From the NCBI RefSeq assembly GCF_006345805.1, contig NW_021833294.1, forward strand, positions 12,352 through 76,351: a stretch of DNA of 64,000 bases, written 5' to 3'. The DNA comes from Octopus sinensis (taxonomy: Eukaryota). Under the pieces are notes generated by a model. That model ran no database searches. It worked only from the letters and a program-made list of their open reading frames with translations, and was not told the DNA's origin. Of this stretch, positions 23,171-36,492 are shown one piece after another; positions within the stretch are counted from its first letter, which is position 1; the number at the start of each line of letters is the position of its first letter. The position numbers and the translations under genes are program-made.

Positions 23171-25824
23171 GACATATTACTTGAAGCCTTTGACGAAATA
23201 GAAGGGGATATAGCTTCACAGAAGACAACTGGAGGTTTCTATGGGACCTGCTGAGGGCCACTGACCAGATCTGTGGCTGGTGCAAAGTTCCCTCTTGATC
23301 CAAAATAACATGGTGGTGGAACAATGTTGTTGACAGGGCTGTTAGACAAAAGAAACAGGCTTGGAAGGAAGGACTAGAAGAATGGTGGTAACAGGGAATT
23401 GTATCAGACTGGGAAGCTAGGAGACAGATTTATTTAGCTAGAGGGGAAGCGGATAAGGAAAAATTTGCCAATGTTCTGCACCGTAAGGACCAACGACTTG
23501 AGATATTTCGTGTTGCAAGACAGTGTGTGAGACAGAATCGTGAAGTGGTAGGAGAGAAATGTGTCTGCATGGATAATGGTTCACTTGCACTAAACTAGGC
23601 TGCAAAGAGACGCCACTATGAAAGGTTGCTCAATAAAGAAAATGAATGAGAGAAATAGAGTTTGCCGAATGTCAACCCAACAGAGGGACCAGCAATCCGA
23701 GTTGACAGTACATTGGTAGATAAAGCAATTAAGAGTATGAAGACAGGGAAAACCCACCGGCCCATCAGGAATCACTGCAGAAATGCTCAAAATATCTGGC
23801 AGTGTTGGCTATAGCCTAGCCACCTGTATAGTTAACCAGGTAATACATGAAGGAGTCATACCCAATGACTGGTGTAGCAGCACTATAGTCAACTGCTACA
23901 AAGGTAAAGGTGATGCTTTAGATACAAATAATTACAGAGATATCAAGCTGTTGGATCAGGTAATGAAGGTCACAGAGAGGGTCACAGTTTGGGTTCATGC
24001 CAGGAAAAAGCACCTCTGATGCTATATTTGTGGTGAGACAGCTGCAGGAGAAATACTTAGCCAAAGATAAACCTCTGTACCTGCCTTTCGTTGACATGGA
24101 GAAAGCCTTTAACAGGGTTTTCCTGATCCCTTATCTGGTGGCCAATGAGGAAACTAGGGATAGATGAATGGTTAGTAAGAGCTGTGCAATCTAAGTACAG
24201 GGACGCTGTCAGTAAGGTGAGGGTTGGCAATGAATACAGTGACGAATTCCAGATAAAGGTACAGGCCCACCAAGGTTCAGTCCTCAGTCTCCTCCTATTT
24301 ATCATAGTCCTCCAGGCAATAACAGACGAATTCAAGACAGGATGCCCCTGGGAGCTCCCCTATGCTGATGACCTTGCCCTAATTGCTGAGTCACTATCAA
24401 AACTAGAGTCAACCTAGCTAAAACCAAAATTCCTAATAAGGGGGGGCAGACAAATCACAAATCCCTTCAGGTAGATGGCTTTGCTCGATCTGTAGAAAAG
24501 GCATAGGTAGATACTCTATAAGATGAACCCAGTGTAAACTATGGACACATAAGAGGTGCAGCAATATCAAAGGAAGGCTAACTGGGAAGATAGTTTTTGT
24601 ATGTGGCAGATGCTCAGGAGCAATAAACACTGAAAATGTGCAGAGAACAACTTCCACCATGTTCCAGGGAGAAAAACTAGTAGTTGATAGCTTCCATTAC
24701 CTAGGTGACCAAGTCAGTTGCGGAGGAGGGTGTGCTGAAAGTGTAGCTGCTAGAATAAGAATAGCCTGGGCAAAGTTCAGAGAGCTCTTACATTCAGAGT
24801 AAAAGGTAGACAGTATGATGCATGTGTACAGACAGCCATGCTACATGGCAGAGAAACATGGGCCGTGACTGCTGAGGACATGAGTAAGCTCGCAAAGAAT
24901 GAAGCCAGTATGTTCTGATGGATGTGTAATGTCAGTGTGCATACTTGACAGAGTTTAAGTACCTTGAGAGAAAAGTTGGACCTAAGAAGCATCAGATCTA
25001 AAGTGCAAGAGAGACAACTGTGCTGGTATAGTCATGTGGTGAGAATGGATGATGATAGCTGTGTGAAAAAGTGCCACACCCTCGTTGTTGAGTGAACCTG
25101 TGGAAGAGGCAGACCTAGGAAGACCTGGGATGAAGTGGTGAAGCACGACCTTTGAACTTTAGGCTTCACCGAGGCAATGACTAGTGACCAAGACCTTAGG
25201 AAATATGCTGTGCTTGAGAAGACCCGGCAAGCCAAATGAGACCATAACCTCGTTTGCCTGTGCCAGGGGTGTAACCAGCCCACTTCTGCGTACCTTTTCC
25301 TTCTCTGAACACTAATCTCTGCTTGCGAAGACCTGTTGAGGCAAGTGAAATCAAAATCAAATTCGATAACTGGCATCCATGCTAGTGGAGCGCTAAGAGC
25401 CCCATCCGAGCATGATCATTGCCAGAGCAGCTAACTGACTTCCATGCAAGGGGCATGTAAAAAGTACCATTTGAGCGTGATCGTTACCAGCGTCACCTTA
25501 CTGGCACTTGTGCCAGTGGCACATAAAAGAACATTCGAGCAATGTCATTGCCAGTGACACTGGACTGGCTCCTGTGCAGGTGGTATGTAAAAACACCATT
25601 TGAGCATGGCCGTTGCCAGTACTGCCTGACTGGCCCTCTTGCTTGTGGCACATAAAAACACCCACTACACTCTTGGAGTGGTTGGCGTTAGGAAGAGCAT
25701 CCAGCTGTAGAAATTCTGCCAGATCAGATTCGAGCCTCGTGCATCCATCTGGTTCACCAGTCCTCAGTCAAATCGTCCAACCCATGCTAGCATGGAAAGC
25801 GGACGTTAAACGATGATGATGATG
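23171..25824 (+). mobile_element. Degraded RTE LINE (linker to 3' tail)
   Basis: KGKGDALDTNNYR, QGSVLSLLLF, WELPYADDL; (GAT)n tail ends at 25824. Confidence 0.88.
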
Positions 25825-25934
25825 AAATAAATATACATATCGTAACTTATAATTATCAAATAACAAATATAGAAATCAATATTTTTACAATAATAATCGA
25901 ACAAAATTTAATTCCGTTCAGTCTATCTAATGTA

Positions 25935-26930
25935 GTTCTCTGATGCCACTACTCTTCCAATTCTTCCAGGCCTGTTTCTTTGTCTAATGGCCCTGTCTAC
26001 TACACTGTCCTACAACCATGTCCCTACATCTAGTTGGGACTTTGCACCAGGCACAAATTTGATCAGTGGCTCTCACTAAATTAACCTGTAGAAACTCCAA
26101 GTTGTCCTCTAGGTTACATTTCTGTAACCTTTCTTCATCAAATGCTTCATTTAAAGTGTCTTTAAATCACTGATCCTTAAGCTTCCAAATCCTTCTTTTC
26201 TAGACTGGTCTGCTTCTTGGAATTCTTCTAGCCTGAAGTCTGAGGTCACTAATGACTAACCTATGATAAGGGGTAGATTTCTCACCCCAGAAGGTACACC
26301 ATGTACACCACCGAAGCCAACTGGATGCTGTCCAACATGTCCACTGAAGTCACCAGTCATGAAAATAAGGTCACTGGCATTTGTCCTTGAAGCAGTCTGC
26401 AAAATCGATCCTCTTGTTCATTTGGTAGATATGGTTGAGGAGCACAGGTGGAAATAATTGTTGCTGTACTACCTTGTGTAACTAATCTAAGCTTAAATAT
26501 CCTCTCTCACAGTCTGAGTACCTCAATTACCTTATCCACCAATTTATTAAATAAAAGTATGCTAACACCACCTACCCCACCATTATTGTCTTCCTAGAAG
26601 ATTTTATACTTATGTTCTTTGCCTGTGAGGAACCTGGATGAAGCTCCCCTCCACCCTTCTTCTTGAATACAACACATATTGGCACACTTCCACTGAGACA
26701 TCTCAACTATCTCACCAGACCTACCTTTCAATGTGCCTACAGTGACAGTGCCAACTGTAAGGAAGTGAAATCGGAGGTAGGAGGGAACAGGGATGGGTGA
26801 CAGCATACAGCATCTAAAAAGAAACTTTCAACAAGCATTTGCCAGTAACACACATGTCAGTTGTCCTCACAGTTAATCAACCATTATTCATTCATGTCAC
26901 ATTTGCTGCATCTACTGGAGGTGAGTGTGC
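25935..26930 (-). mobile_element. RTE 5' (APE) fragment with an internal deletion
   Basis: ORF 26594-26806: VGTVTVGTLKGRSGEIVEM..CCIQE..KEHKYKIF. Confidence 0.75.
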
Positions 26931-27723
26931 TTTACAATCCTACTTAATACTAAGATAAATCAAAATTTATTAGTTGATTAGTTAATTGATAGGTTCTCTT
27001 CAGTTACATTTTGGTGCAAAGCATACAAGCTATAGCATTCATATTACAGTAACAGAGGTGAGACACTACTGAGAGAGAAAAAAGGAGGGAAGAGCAACAG
27101 AAGGGTTGTTAAGAGAGATTCTGGTACAGAAGATAGGTTTTCAGAACGAGTAAAGGGTGTAGGTATAGTGGGTGGTGAAAGGGTATAGGTGTTGGGGATG
27201 GGAATGAGTAGAGTGGGTATAGATAGTGGGGCTGGAAGGGTGGGCACATTGCAAGCAAATGAAGGATCCCAACTTTAGAAAGAAAATACAAACACCATCC
27301 AGACAATAATTAAGAGAGGATATGAAAAGCTTTTTGTGAGAAATAAACACAGATTTTCAACAAGTCAGACTCTAGAGCCAGTACTGAAAGTTACAACACT
27401 TTTCACATGAACATATTCATGTAAACAATGCAAACGAAGACAGAAAAACAGGTAATGGGTGTATACATACTTCAGGAAGTTACTGCTCCCTCCTCAGCAC
27501 CATATCCAGAACACCAAGTCCAGCAGCACAACATACATACATACATACATACATACCAATACACAGTATATAGTACTGAGTATATGTAGAATATACTATA
27601 ATGACATATGTGCTTGTATATGAACACATATATGTACAACTTGCATTTCTCTTTTGAAGGTAAAAACCATTTTGTAATTTTCATAAAATAAGGCACAATA
27701 CTCAGCAGTATAGTAATATTTTT

Positions 27724-27763
<40 letters not shown>

Positions 27764-27949
27764 CTCACACACACACACAAATATATAATAGTTGCAACTT
27801 CATTTCAAATAATGCCACTACTTGATAGTTCTTTTGAACATAAGCAACATTGATGTGGCTTTTGATATATCACAATGATGGGCACCAATGATGGTGTTAT
27901 AGTATTGCTTTGGTGAATTGTCATGGCATTTCACTCTGTCTCCTGATGC

Positions 27950-29045
27950 ACATTCTTTTCCACATTCACTGCAAGAAGAGATGCTGCACAATGTATAGTT
28001 AATAATGTTCCTCTGTGTGTGTGTGGCTTCTCTGGTGACTTCTATGGTATGTCTGTCTTAGAAACAACCACATTTGTTACATGTTAAACCAACATTCTCA
28101 GGCAGATTAACATCAAGACCCTTATGAACATCTCTCTTGAGATTTTCATGCTCAGTACAATTTCATTCAAATTCCTTCCAGTGATGATGCACTGATTTTA
28201 TCTATAATGAATGATCTAGAATGATGTCTCTTCCATTTTCCAACATTTTAATCTTTTCCAATATATTCTTGATGCAGTTCTTATTTCATTTAAGATTGTG
28301 TGCTGGTCTTTTACCCTGACCAAACTTACAACATATAAATTGCTAAGGAATCCAACCGTCTTCCATCTTGACCATATAACCACTGCATCATAATCTTCAA
28401 CTACTAGAAACTATAGCTAGAAACTAGGCTTATTGAATTCAAGGAATTTGTCACTTATGTTTGTTACTGAGCATTTAGTAGATGACAGCCTATTCATATG
28501 TTTCTAGTAAATAACAAAGATCTGACAAGACGATCGCAATAAAAACAACATTACAAGTATTGCAGACTTTTGATTTTGTCACAACTGAAATTCCATACCA
28601 AGACCCTAAACTTCTAACAAATTTTCCAAATGCATCACAGGCTTTCTTGATATGGAGGGAAATTTCATTATCAAGAATATTCGTCATTTTCACAGTACTG
28701 TCTAAATACAAAAATTTTTCCACAAGCAACAATTTCTGTCCATATAGATAAACACAAGAGTAGGCTTTACCTTGTGCAGATTGGTATATTATGACTGTCT
28801 TTTGTAGGCTGGTTGTTAGGCTCAATGCATTGCATGCTGTTGAAAAGGAGTCCATAAGATGCTGCCTATCATTCTGGGAGTGAGCATCAAGATAAATATG
28901 AAAGTCATCACTATACAAGAATTTACATATAAGGATGCCTTTTTTTTGGCAGCAACATCATCCCCATTGTTCAGTATCCCATATAGAATCCATGTAAGCA
29001 CTTCTCAAAATCCATCGAGAACACCAAAGAAAATACAAGGCAAAT
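27950..29045 (-). mobile_element. Degraded BovB-like RTE RT/C-terminal fragment
   Basis: ORF 28490-28918: AHSQND.QHLMDSFSTAC, VEKFLYLDS, EISLHIKKACDAFG. Confidence 0.65.
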
Positions 29046-29052
29046 GAAGTTG

Positions 29053-29083
<31 letters not shown>

Positions 29084-29290
29084 CTAGCGTTGCCCGTGTT
29101 ACATTCAATTGAAGAATTAGACTTTTCTGTTATATTTTCTGTAATGAACTGGAATACCTATGTTTCGAATTTTATCAAAATTGCAGATGAGGGTTATTTC
29201 CCTCTTTACACACCCTAAAAAATTGTAATCGTGTCACATGTATCCCATACTACAGATTTTTATGCGCATATTCCAAAATTCCAGTCTTAT
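29084..29290 (-). mobile_element. Helitron 3'-end fragment related to the 10489 end
   Basis: CTAG at 29084-29087 followed by CGTTGCCC..TTACATTCAATTGAAGAATTAGACTTTTCTG, as at 10506-10546. Confidence 0.6.
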
Positions 29291-30384
29291 TGAACCTGTT
29301 AAAAGGATTTTGCTCCTGAAACATGATGGTCATGGAGCTCTAAAATGTGAGAGTTAAGGCCCCTGTTGGGGGTGGGCATCTTAATGTCAACCAGAGAAGT
29401 TGAATTGTTGAGAATCTTTTTAACTTGGGTCTTATATCTATTGTTTGAATTTCTTTGAATTAAGAAATATATGTTCACTGGGTTTGTAAAAAAGAGCAAA
29501 GCTACAGGAAACGAAAAGATGAATGATCACAATAAGCAGTCAGCTACCCTACCTTAGTCGTTACCACTCCCAATGTAGGATTCCTCACCATCTAGGTGAC
29601 AGGCACAGCCGTAAGATACATTACGAATGTATAGCAATTGGAAGGACGTGACCCAACTGAAATCAACATTAACAACTGTGTGACGTGAGGCCTAAGGAGA
29701 ATTGAAAGTGTCACCCCTGGAGTTTGCAAATGACCACTATACTGATATGTAACTGGACAGTGTAAATTTACAATCTATAAATGTCTTTGAATAATCAGTC
29801 ACTCACCTGGGAAGGCCTTGAAATCAATGGTACAATCTGGGGACTATGTGTGACCCAGTGATAATAAAAAGACTGAAAGGAGGTCTGCAATGAAATAACT
29901 TTACTCAACACTTTGCAACTGAATCAGTGGAGGCAAAGATGCCTCTCATTTACTTGACAATTTATGCACCACATTGCAGAAATCACAATGTAAGTGTATG
30001 TCAAAGCAAACTGTTGCACTGTTGTACCATTGAATTACAAATAATGCTCATCTTTTATGCTTGAGTAACCTACAGCTTCCAAGAGCACAACTGTATTCAT
30101 TTTTGCTTAGATAAAATGACAAAATTGTGATGTTAAGTCCCCATGGAAGGGTCTTTCTAACTTATAAGATGATGAAATTTTATAAATATTACTTCATTTG
30201 TGTCTAATATCTATGGTTAAAATTTCATCAACAGCAAAAATATATGAATTGTCATGGGGGTTATGGCCCTTATGCATAGAATATAATTTTCAAATTTCAT
30301 AAAGATCCATTCAGTACTTTTGACCTAGTTTTGGAACATAAAAGAAATAACTAAAATTTGGGAGTTCAGGCCCACATTAGGGTG

Positions 30385-30570
<186 letters not shown>

Positions 30571-30576
30571 CATACA

Positions 30577-30806
30577 TACAAAGATAATTGATAGATACAA
30601 TTGAGTGGGCAAAAAAAAATATTATATTATTCTATTAATTTCTTCTTGTGAAACCAGTAAGTTATGAGGATGTAAATAAATGAACAGCAGTTGTGAAGCA
30701 GTGATGAGGGCAAAACACAGAGACAAAGACACATATACACTTACATATATACATACATATATATACGATTGATTTGCTTCAGTTCCTGTCTACGAAATGC
30801 ATATCA

Positions 30807-30856
<50 letters not shown>

Positions 30857-31135
30857 ATGTATATACACACACACACAAAAGATAATTGATAGATACAACT
30901 GAGTGGCCAAACAAAAATAAGAGACACTGCCTTGTGCTTTTTTTTTATTTTGATAAGCCTGGTACTTATTCTATCAGTTTCTTCTTAAGAAACCAGTAAG
31001 TTATGGGGATATAAATAAACGAACACCAGTTGTGAAGCAGTGATGAGGGAGAAACACAAAGACACACACATAGACTTACATATATACATACATATATATA
31101 TATACAATTGATTTATTCAGTTTCTGTCTACAAAA
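30577..31135. repeat. Tandem duplication of a SINE-3'-like block, ~300-bp period
   Basis: AAAGATAATTGATAGATACAA..GAAACCAGTAAGTTATG..CTGTCTAC occurs at about 30577 and 30876; the first copy has an internal deletion. Confidence 0.8.
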
Positions 31136-31270
31136 TCCACTGACAAGGCTTTGGTTGGTCTGAGGCTATAGCAGAAGACACATGCTAAGTAACCACACAG
31201 TGGGACTGAGACTGAGGACCATGTGTTTTGGAACCAAGTTTGTTACCACACAGCCACACCTGCACCTATG
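31130..31270 (-). mobile_element. tRNA-derived SINE
   Basis: Close paralogue of 13458-13592. Confidence 0.7.
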
Positions 31271-31441
31271 TATGTGTGCCTCTGTGTGTGTGTGTGTATA
31301 TGTATGCATGTATATATGTGTATATATTACATGTACATCTATATCTATAGAAATACATCTATACATATACAGCTATACATATAGATGTATACATATACAG
31401 CAATACATATACATGTATAAATACACATCTATATATATATA

Positions 31442-31822
31442 CTAGCAGTATCGCCCGGCGTTGCTCAGGTTTGTAAGGGAAATAACTATAAAGCATTTTT
31501 AGAGAGTTATAGCCAAAAAATAGCAAAAAATGGAAAAAAAATGATGGTAAATTTTTTTTTTGAGAGTAATAAAAGGTTGAGTTGCGTCCCCTAGACAGTC
31601 TGTGGTTGTTTTTTTTTATTCTCGACCCCATGTCGAATTTATCGATTTTTTTCAGAACTGGGGGAACTTTTCAAAATTTTCGCTGCGTTAGTTTTGAATT
31701 ATGACATTGGGCTATGTGTGTGTCAAGTTTCATCAGAATCGGTTGAAAGCCGTGGTCAGGGTGAGGGTACGAGAAAACAGACACACAGAAACACGCACAG
31801 ACAAACTGCCGTTTATATAGAG

Positions 31823-31827
<5 letters not shown>
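31442..31827 (-). mobile_element. Complete ~386-bp non-autonomous Helitron (family B)
   Basis: Minus strand A|TC...hairpin CCTGAGCAACGCCGGG...CTAG|T; canonical AT target with no TSD. Confidence 0.85.
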
Positions 31828-31902
<75 letters not shown>

Positions 31903-32077
31903 CATCATCATCATCATCATCATTTAACGTCCGCTTTCCATGCTAGCATGGGTTGGACGGTTCAACTGGGGTCTGGGGAGCCCGAAAGCTGCACCAGTCC
32001 AGTCAGATCTGGCAGTGTTTCTACAGCTGGATGCCCTTCCTAACGCCAACCACTCCGAGAGTGTAGTGGGTGATTTT

Positions 32078-32388
32078 ATGTGCCACCGACACAGGTGCCA
32101 GACGAGGCTGGCAAACAGCCACGCTCGGATGGTGTTTTTATGTGCCACCGACACAGGTGCCAGACGAGGCTGGCAGACAGCCACGCTCGGATGGTGTTTT
32201 TTATGTGCCACCGACACAGGTGCCAGACGAGGCTGGCAGACGGCCACGCTCGGATGGTGTTTTTATGTGCCACCGACACAGGTGCCAGACGAGGCTGGCA
32301 GACGGCCACGCTCGGATGGTGTTTTTATGTGCCACCGACACAGGTGCCAGATGAGGCTGGCAAAACGGCCTCGATCGGATGGTGCTTG
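32078..32388. repeat. 62-bp minisatellite, 5 units
   Basis: Units start at 32078, 32140, 32203, 32265 and 32327. Confidence 0.95.
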
Positions 32389-35232
32389 TTACGTGCCCAC
32401 AGCATGGAGGCCAGTCGATGCGGTACTGGCTACGGCCACGTTCGGATGGTTTTCTTATGTGCCACGTGCCACCGGCACTGGTACCACAAAGATACAAATT
32501 CCATTGATGTTCATCTATTTTGATTTGTTTTGATTTGATTTTCACTTGCCTCAACAGGTCTTCACAAGTGTCACAAGAAGGAAGGTATGCACAGGTGGAC
32601 TGACTACGTCCCAGGTAGGGGCCATGGGTTATGGCCTGACTAGTCTTGCCGGGTCTTCGGATGGTGTTTTTATGTGCCACCGACACAGGTGCTAGATGAG
32701 GCTGGCGAACGGCCACGATCGGATGGTGTTTGTCATGTGCCCACCGCACTGACTACGGCACTGATGGATTCTTGTGTGCCACAGGCACTGGTACCACAAG
32801 ATACAAATTCCATTGATGTTCATCTATTTTGTCTATTTTGATTTTGATTTGATTTTCACTTGCCTCAACCGGTCTTCACAAGTGTCAAAAGAAGGAAGAT
32901 ATGCACAGGTGGACTGACTAGTCTTGCCGGGTCTTCGGAAGGTGTTTTTATGTGCCACCGACACAGGTGCTAGATGAGGCTGGCGAACGGCCATGATCGG
33001 ATGGTGTTTGTTACGTGCCCACAGCACGGAGGCCGGTCGATGTGGAACTGGCTACGTTCGGATGGTTCTCTTGTGTGCCACCGGCACTGGTACCACAAAG
33101 TGTGTGCCACCGGCACTGGTACCACAAAGATACAGATTCCATTGATGTTCATCTATTTTGATTTGTTTTGATTTGATTTTCACTTGCCTCAACAGGTCTT
33201 CACAAGTGTCACAAGAAGGAAGGTATGCACAGGTGGACTGACTACGTCCCAGGTAGGGGCCATGGGTTATGGCCTGACTAGTCTTGCCGGGTCTTCGGAT
33301 GGTGTTTTTATGTGCCACCGACACAGGTGCTAGATGAGGCTGGCGAACGGCCACGATCGGATGGTGTTTGTCATGTGCCCACAGCACGGAGGCCAGTCGA
33401 TGCGGTACTGGCTACGGCCACTTTCGGATGGTCTTCTCTTGTGTGCCACCGGCACTGGTACCACAAAGATACAAATTCCATTGATGTTCATCTATTTTGA
33501 TTTGTTTTGATTTGATTTTGATTTTGATTTTCACTTGCCTCAACAGGCCTTCACAAGTATCACAAGGAGGAAGGTATGCACAGGTGGACTGACTACGTCC
33601 CAGGTAGGGACCATGGTTTATGGCCTGACTAGTCTTGCCGGGTCTTCGGAAGGTGTTTTTATGTGCCACCGACACAGGTGCTAGATGAGGCTGGCGAACG
33701 GCCACGACCGGATGGTGTTTGTTATGTGCCCACAGCATGATGGCCAGTGATGCGGTACTGACTACGGCCATGTTCGGATGGATTCTTGTGTGCCACCGGC
33801 ACTGGTACCACAAGCGGTACTGACTACTTTTTATGTGCCACCGACACAGGTGCTAGATGAGGCTGGTGAACGGCCACGACCGGATGGTGTTTGTTATGTG
33901 CCCACAGCACGATGGCGAGTGATGCGGTACTGACTACGGCCACGTTCGGATGGATTCTTGTGTGCCACCGCACTGGTACCACAAGTGGTACTGACTACGG
34001 CCACGTTCGGATGGATTCTTGTGTGCCACCGGCGCTGGTACCACAAGGATACAAATTCCATTGATGTTCATCTATTTTGATTTGTTTTGATTTGATTTGA
34101 TTTTCACTTGCCTCAGCAGGTCTTCACAAGTGTCACAAGAAGGAAGGTATGTACAGGTGGACTGACTACGTCCCAGGTAGGGCCCACGGGTTATGACCTG
34201 ACTAGTCTTGCCGGGTCTTCGGATGGTGTTTTTATGTGCCACCATGTTCCCACAGCACGGAGGCCAGTCGATGCGGTACTGGCTACGGCCACGTTCGGAT
34301 GGTTTTCTTGTGTGCCACAGGCACTGGTACCACAAAGATACAAATTCCATTGATGTTCATCTATTTTGATTGATTTTCACTTGCCTCAGCAGGTCTTCAC
34401 AAGTGTCACAAGAAGGAAGGTATGCACAGGTGGATCGACTACGTCCCAGGTAGGGGCCACGGGATATGGCCTGACTAGTCCTGCCGGGTCCTCTCATGCA
34501 CAGCACACTTCCATAGGACTCGGTCTTCAGTCATTTCCTTGGTGAGACCTAAAGTTCGAAGGTCGTGCTTCACCACCTCGTCCCAGGTTTTCCTGGGTCT
34601 ACCTCTTCCACAGGTTCCCTCAACTGCTAGGGTGTAGCACTTTTGCACACAACTATCTTCAGCCATTCTCGTCACATGACCATACCAGCGCAGCCGTCTC
34701 TCTTGCACACCACAACTGACACTTCTTAGGTTCAACTTTTCTCTCAAAGTACTTACACTCTGACGATTATGAACGCTGACATTACACATCCATCGGAGCA
34801 TACTGGCTTCATTTCTTGCAAGCTTACGCATATCCTCAGCTGTCACGGCCCATGTTTCACTACCATGTAGCATAGCTGTACGTACACACGCATCATATAG
34901 TCTGCCTTTTACTCTTAGCGAGAGGCCTTTTGTCACCAGCAGGGGTAAGAGCTCTCTAAACTTTGCCCAGGCTATTCTTACTCTAGCAGTTACACTTTCA
35001 GCACACCCACCCCCGCTACTGACTTGGTCTCCTAGGTAGCGGAAGCTATCAACTACTTCTAGTTTGTCTCCCTGGAACGTGGTAGAAGTTGGTCTCTGCA
35101 CATTTCCAGTGTTTATTTCTCCTGAGCATCTGCCACAGACAAAAACTATTTTCTTAGTTAGCCTTACTTTGACATTGCTGCACCTCTTATGTGTCCATAG
35201 CTTACATTTGGTGCACCTTATAGAGTTTCTAC

Positions 35233-36447
35233 CTACACCTTTTTACAGATCGAGCAGGGCCATCTACCTGAAGTCGTTTGTGGTTGGTCCACCTTCCTAC
35301 TTATTAGGACTTTGGTTTTGGCTAGGTTGATTCTAAGGCCCTTCGATTCTAATCCTTGTTTCCACACCTGAAATTTCTCCTCCAGTTCTGATAGTGACTC
35401 AGCAATTAGAGCAAGGTCATCAGCATATAGGAGCTCCCAGGGGCATCCTGTCTTAAATTCTTCCATTATTGCCTGGAGGACTATGATAAATAGGAGGGGG
35501 CTGAGGACTGAACCTTGGTGGACCCCAACCTCTACCCGGAATTCTTCACTGTACTCGTTGCCAACCCTCACCTTACTAGCTGTGTCTCTGTACATGGCTC
35601 GCACAGCTCTCACTAACCATTCATCTATCCCTAGTTTCCTCATTGACCACCAGATAAGGGATCGGGGGACCCTGTCAAAGGCTTTCTCTAAGTCAACAAA
35701 AGCCAGGTACAAGGGCTTACCTTTGGCTAGGTATTTCTCCTGCAGCTGTCTTACCAGGAATATAGCATCAGTAGTACTTTTCCCTGGCACGAACCCAAAC
35801 TGCATATCATCTAAGCTAACTCTCTCTCTAATTAACTGGGCTATAACCCTCTCCGTAACCTTCATTACCTGATCCAACAGCTTGATGCCCCTGTAGTTAT
35901 TTGTATCTAGGGCGTCGCCTTTACCTTTGTAGCAGTTGACTATTATGCTGCTACACCAGTCATTGGGTATGACTCCTTCGTGTATCACCTGGTTAACTAT
36001 ACGGGTGACTATGCTATAGCCGACACTACCAGATATTTTGAGCATCTCTGCAGTAATTCCTGATGGGCCTGGGGCTTTCCCTGTCTTCATGCTTCTAATT
36101 GCCTTAGCTACCACGGAACTATCAACTCGGATAGCTGGTCCCTCTGTTGGGTCAACATTCGGCAGACTCTCTTTATCCCATTCATTTTCCTCATTCAGCA
36201 ACCTTTCATAGTGGCGTCTCCAAGCTTCTCTCTTTGCATCCTCATTTAGCGCAAGTGAACCATCCTCCATGCGAACACATTTCTCTCCTACCACATCTCG
36301 ATTCTCTCTCACACACTGTCTTGCAACACGAAATACCTCAAGTCTTTCATCCTCACGGCGCAGGACATTGGCAAATTTTCTTTTATCTGCTTCCCCTCTG
36401 GCTAGATAGACCTGTCTCCTAGCTTCCCTTCTGGCAGTCTGATACAC
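35233..36447 (-). pseudogene. RTE ORF2 reverse transcriptase (404 aa open)
   Basis: APGPSG, YRGIKLL, FVDLEKAFDRVP, QGSVLSP, LLYADDL. Confidence 0.93.
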
Positions 36448-36448
36448 T

Positions 36449-36489
<41 letters not shown>

Positions 36490-36492
<3 letters not shown>

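Larger units (their letters stand above)
31901..36447 (-). mobile_element. Young 5'-truncated RTE LINE with a massively duplicated 3' UTR
   Basis: ORFs 35233-36447 (RT, YADD) and 34475-35101, separated by a short break; (ATC)n tail at 31901; both ends in (TA)n-rich tracts. Confidence 0.95.

Noticed and set aside
29300-30360. Apparently unique sequence that could hold host exons
   Set aside because: No ORF with recognisable motifs; cannot be supported without transcript data
32078-32388. Regular repeats superficially like a CRISPR array
   Set aside because: Units are contiguous with no unique spacers and derive from the RTE 3' UTR in eukaryotic DNA
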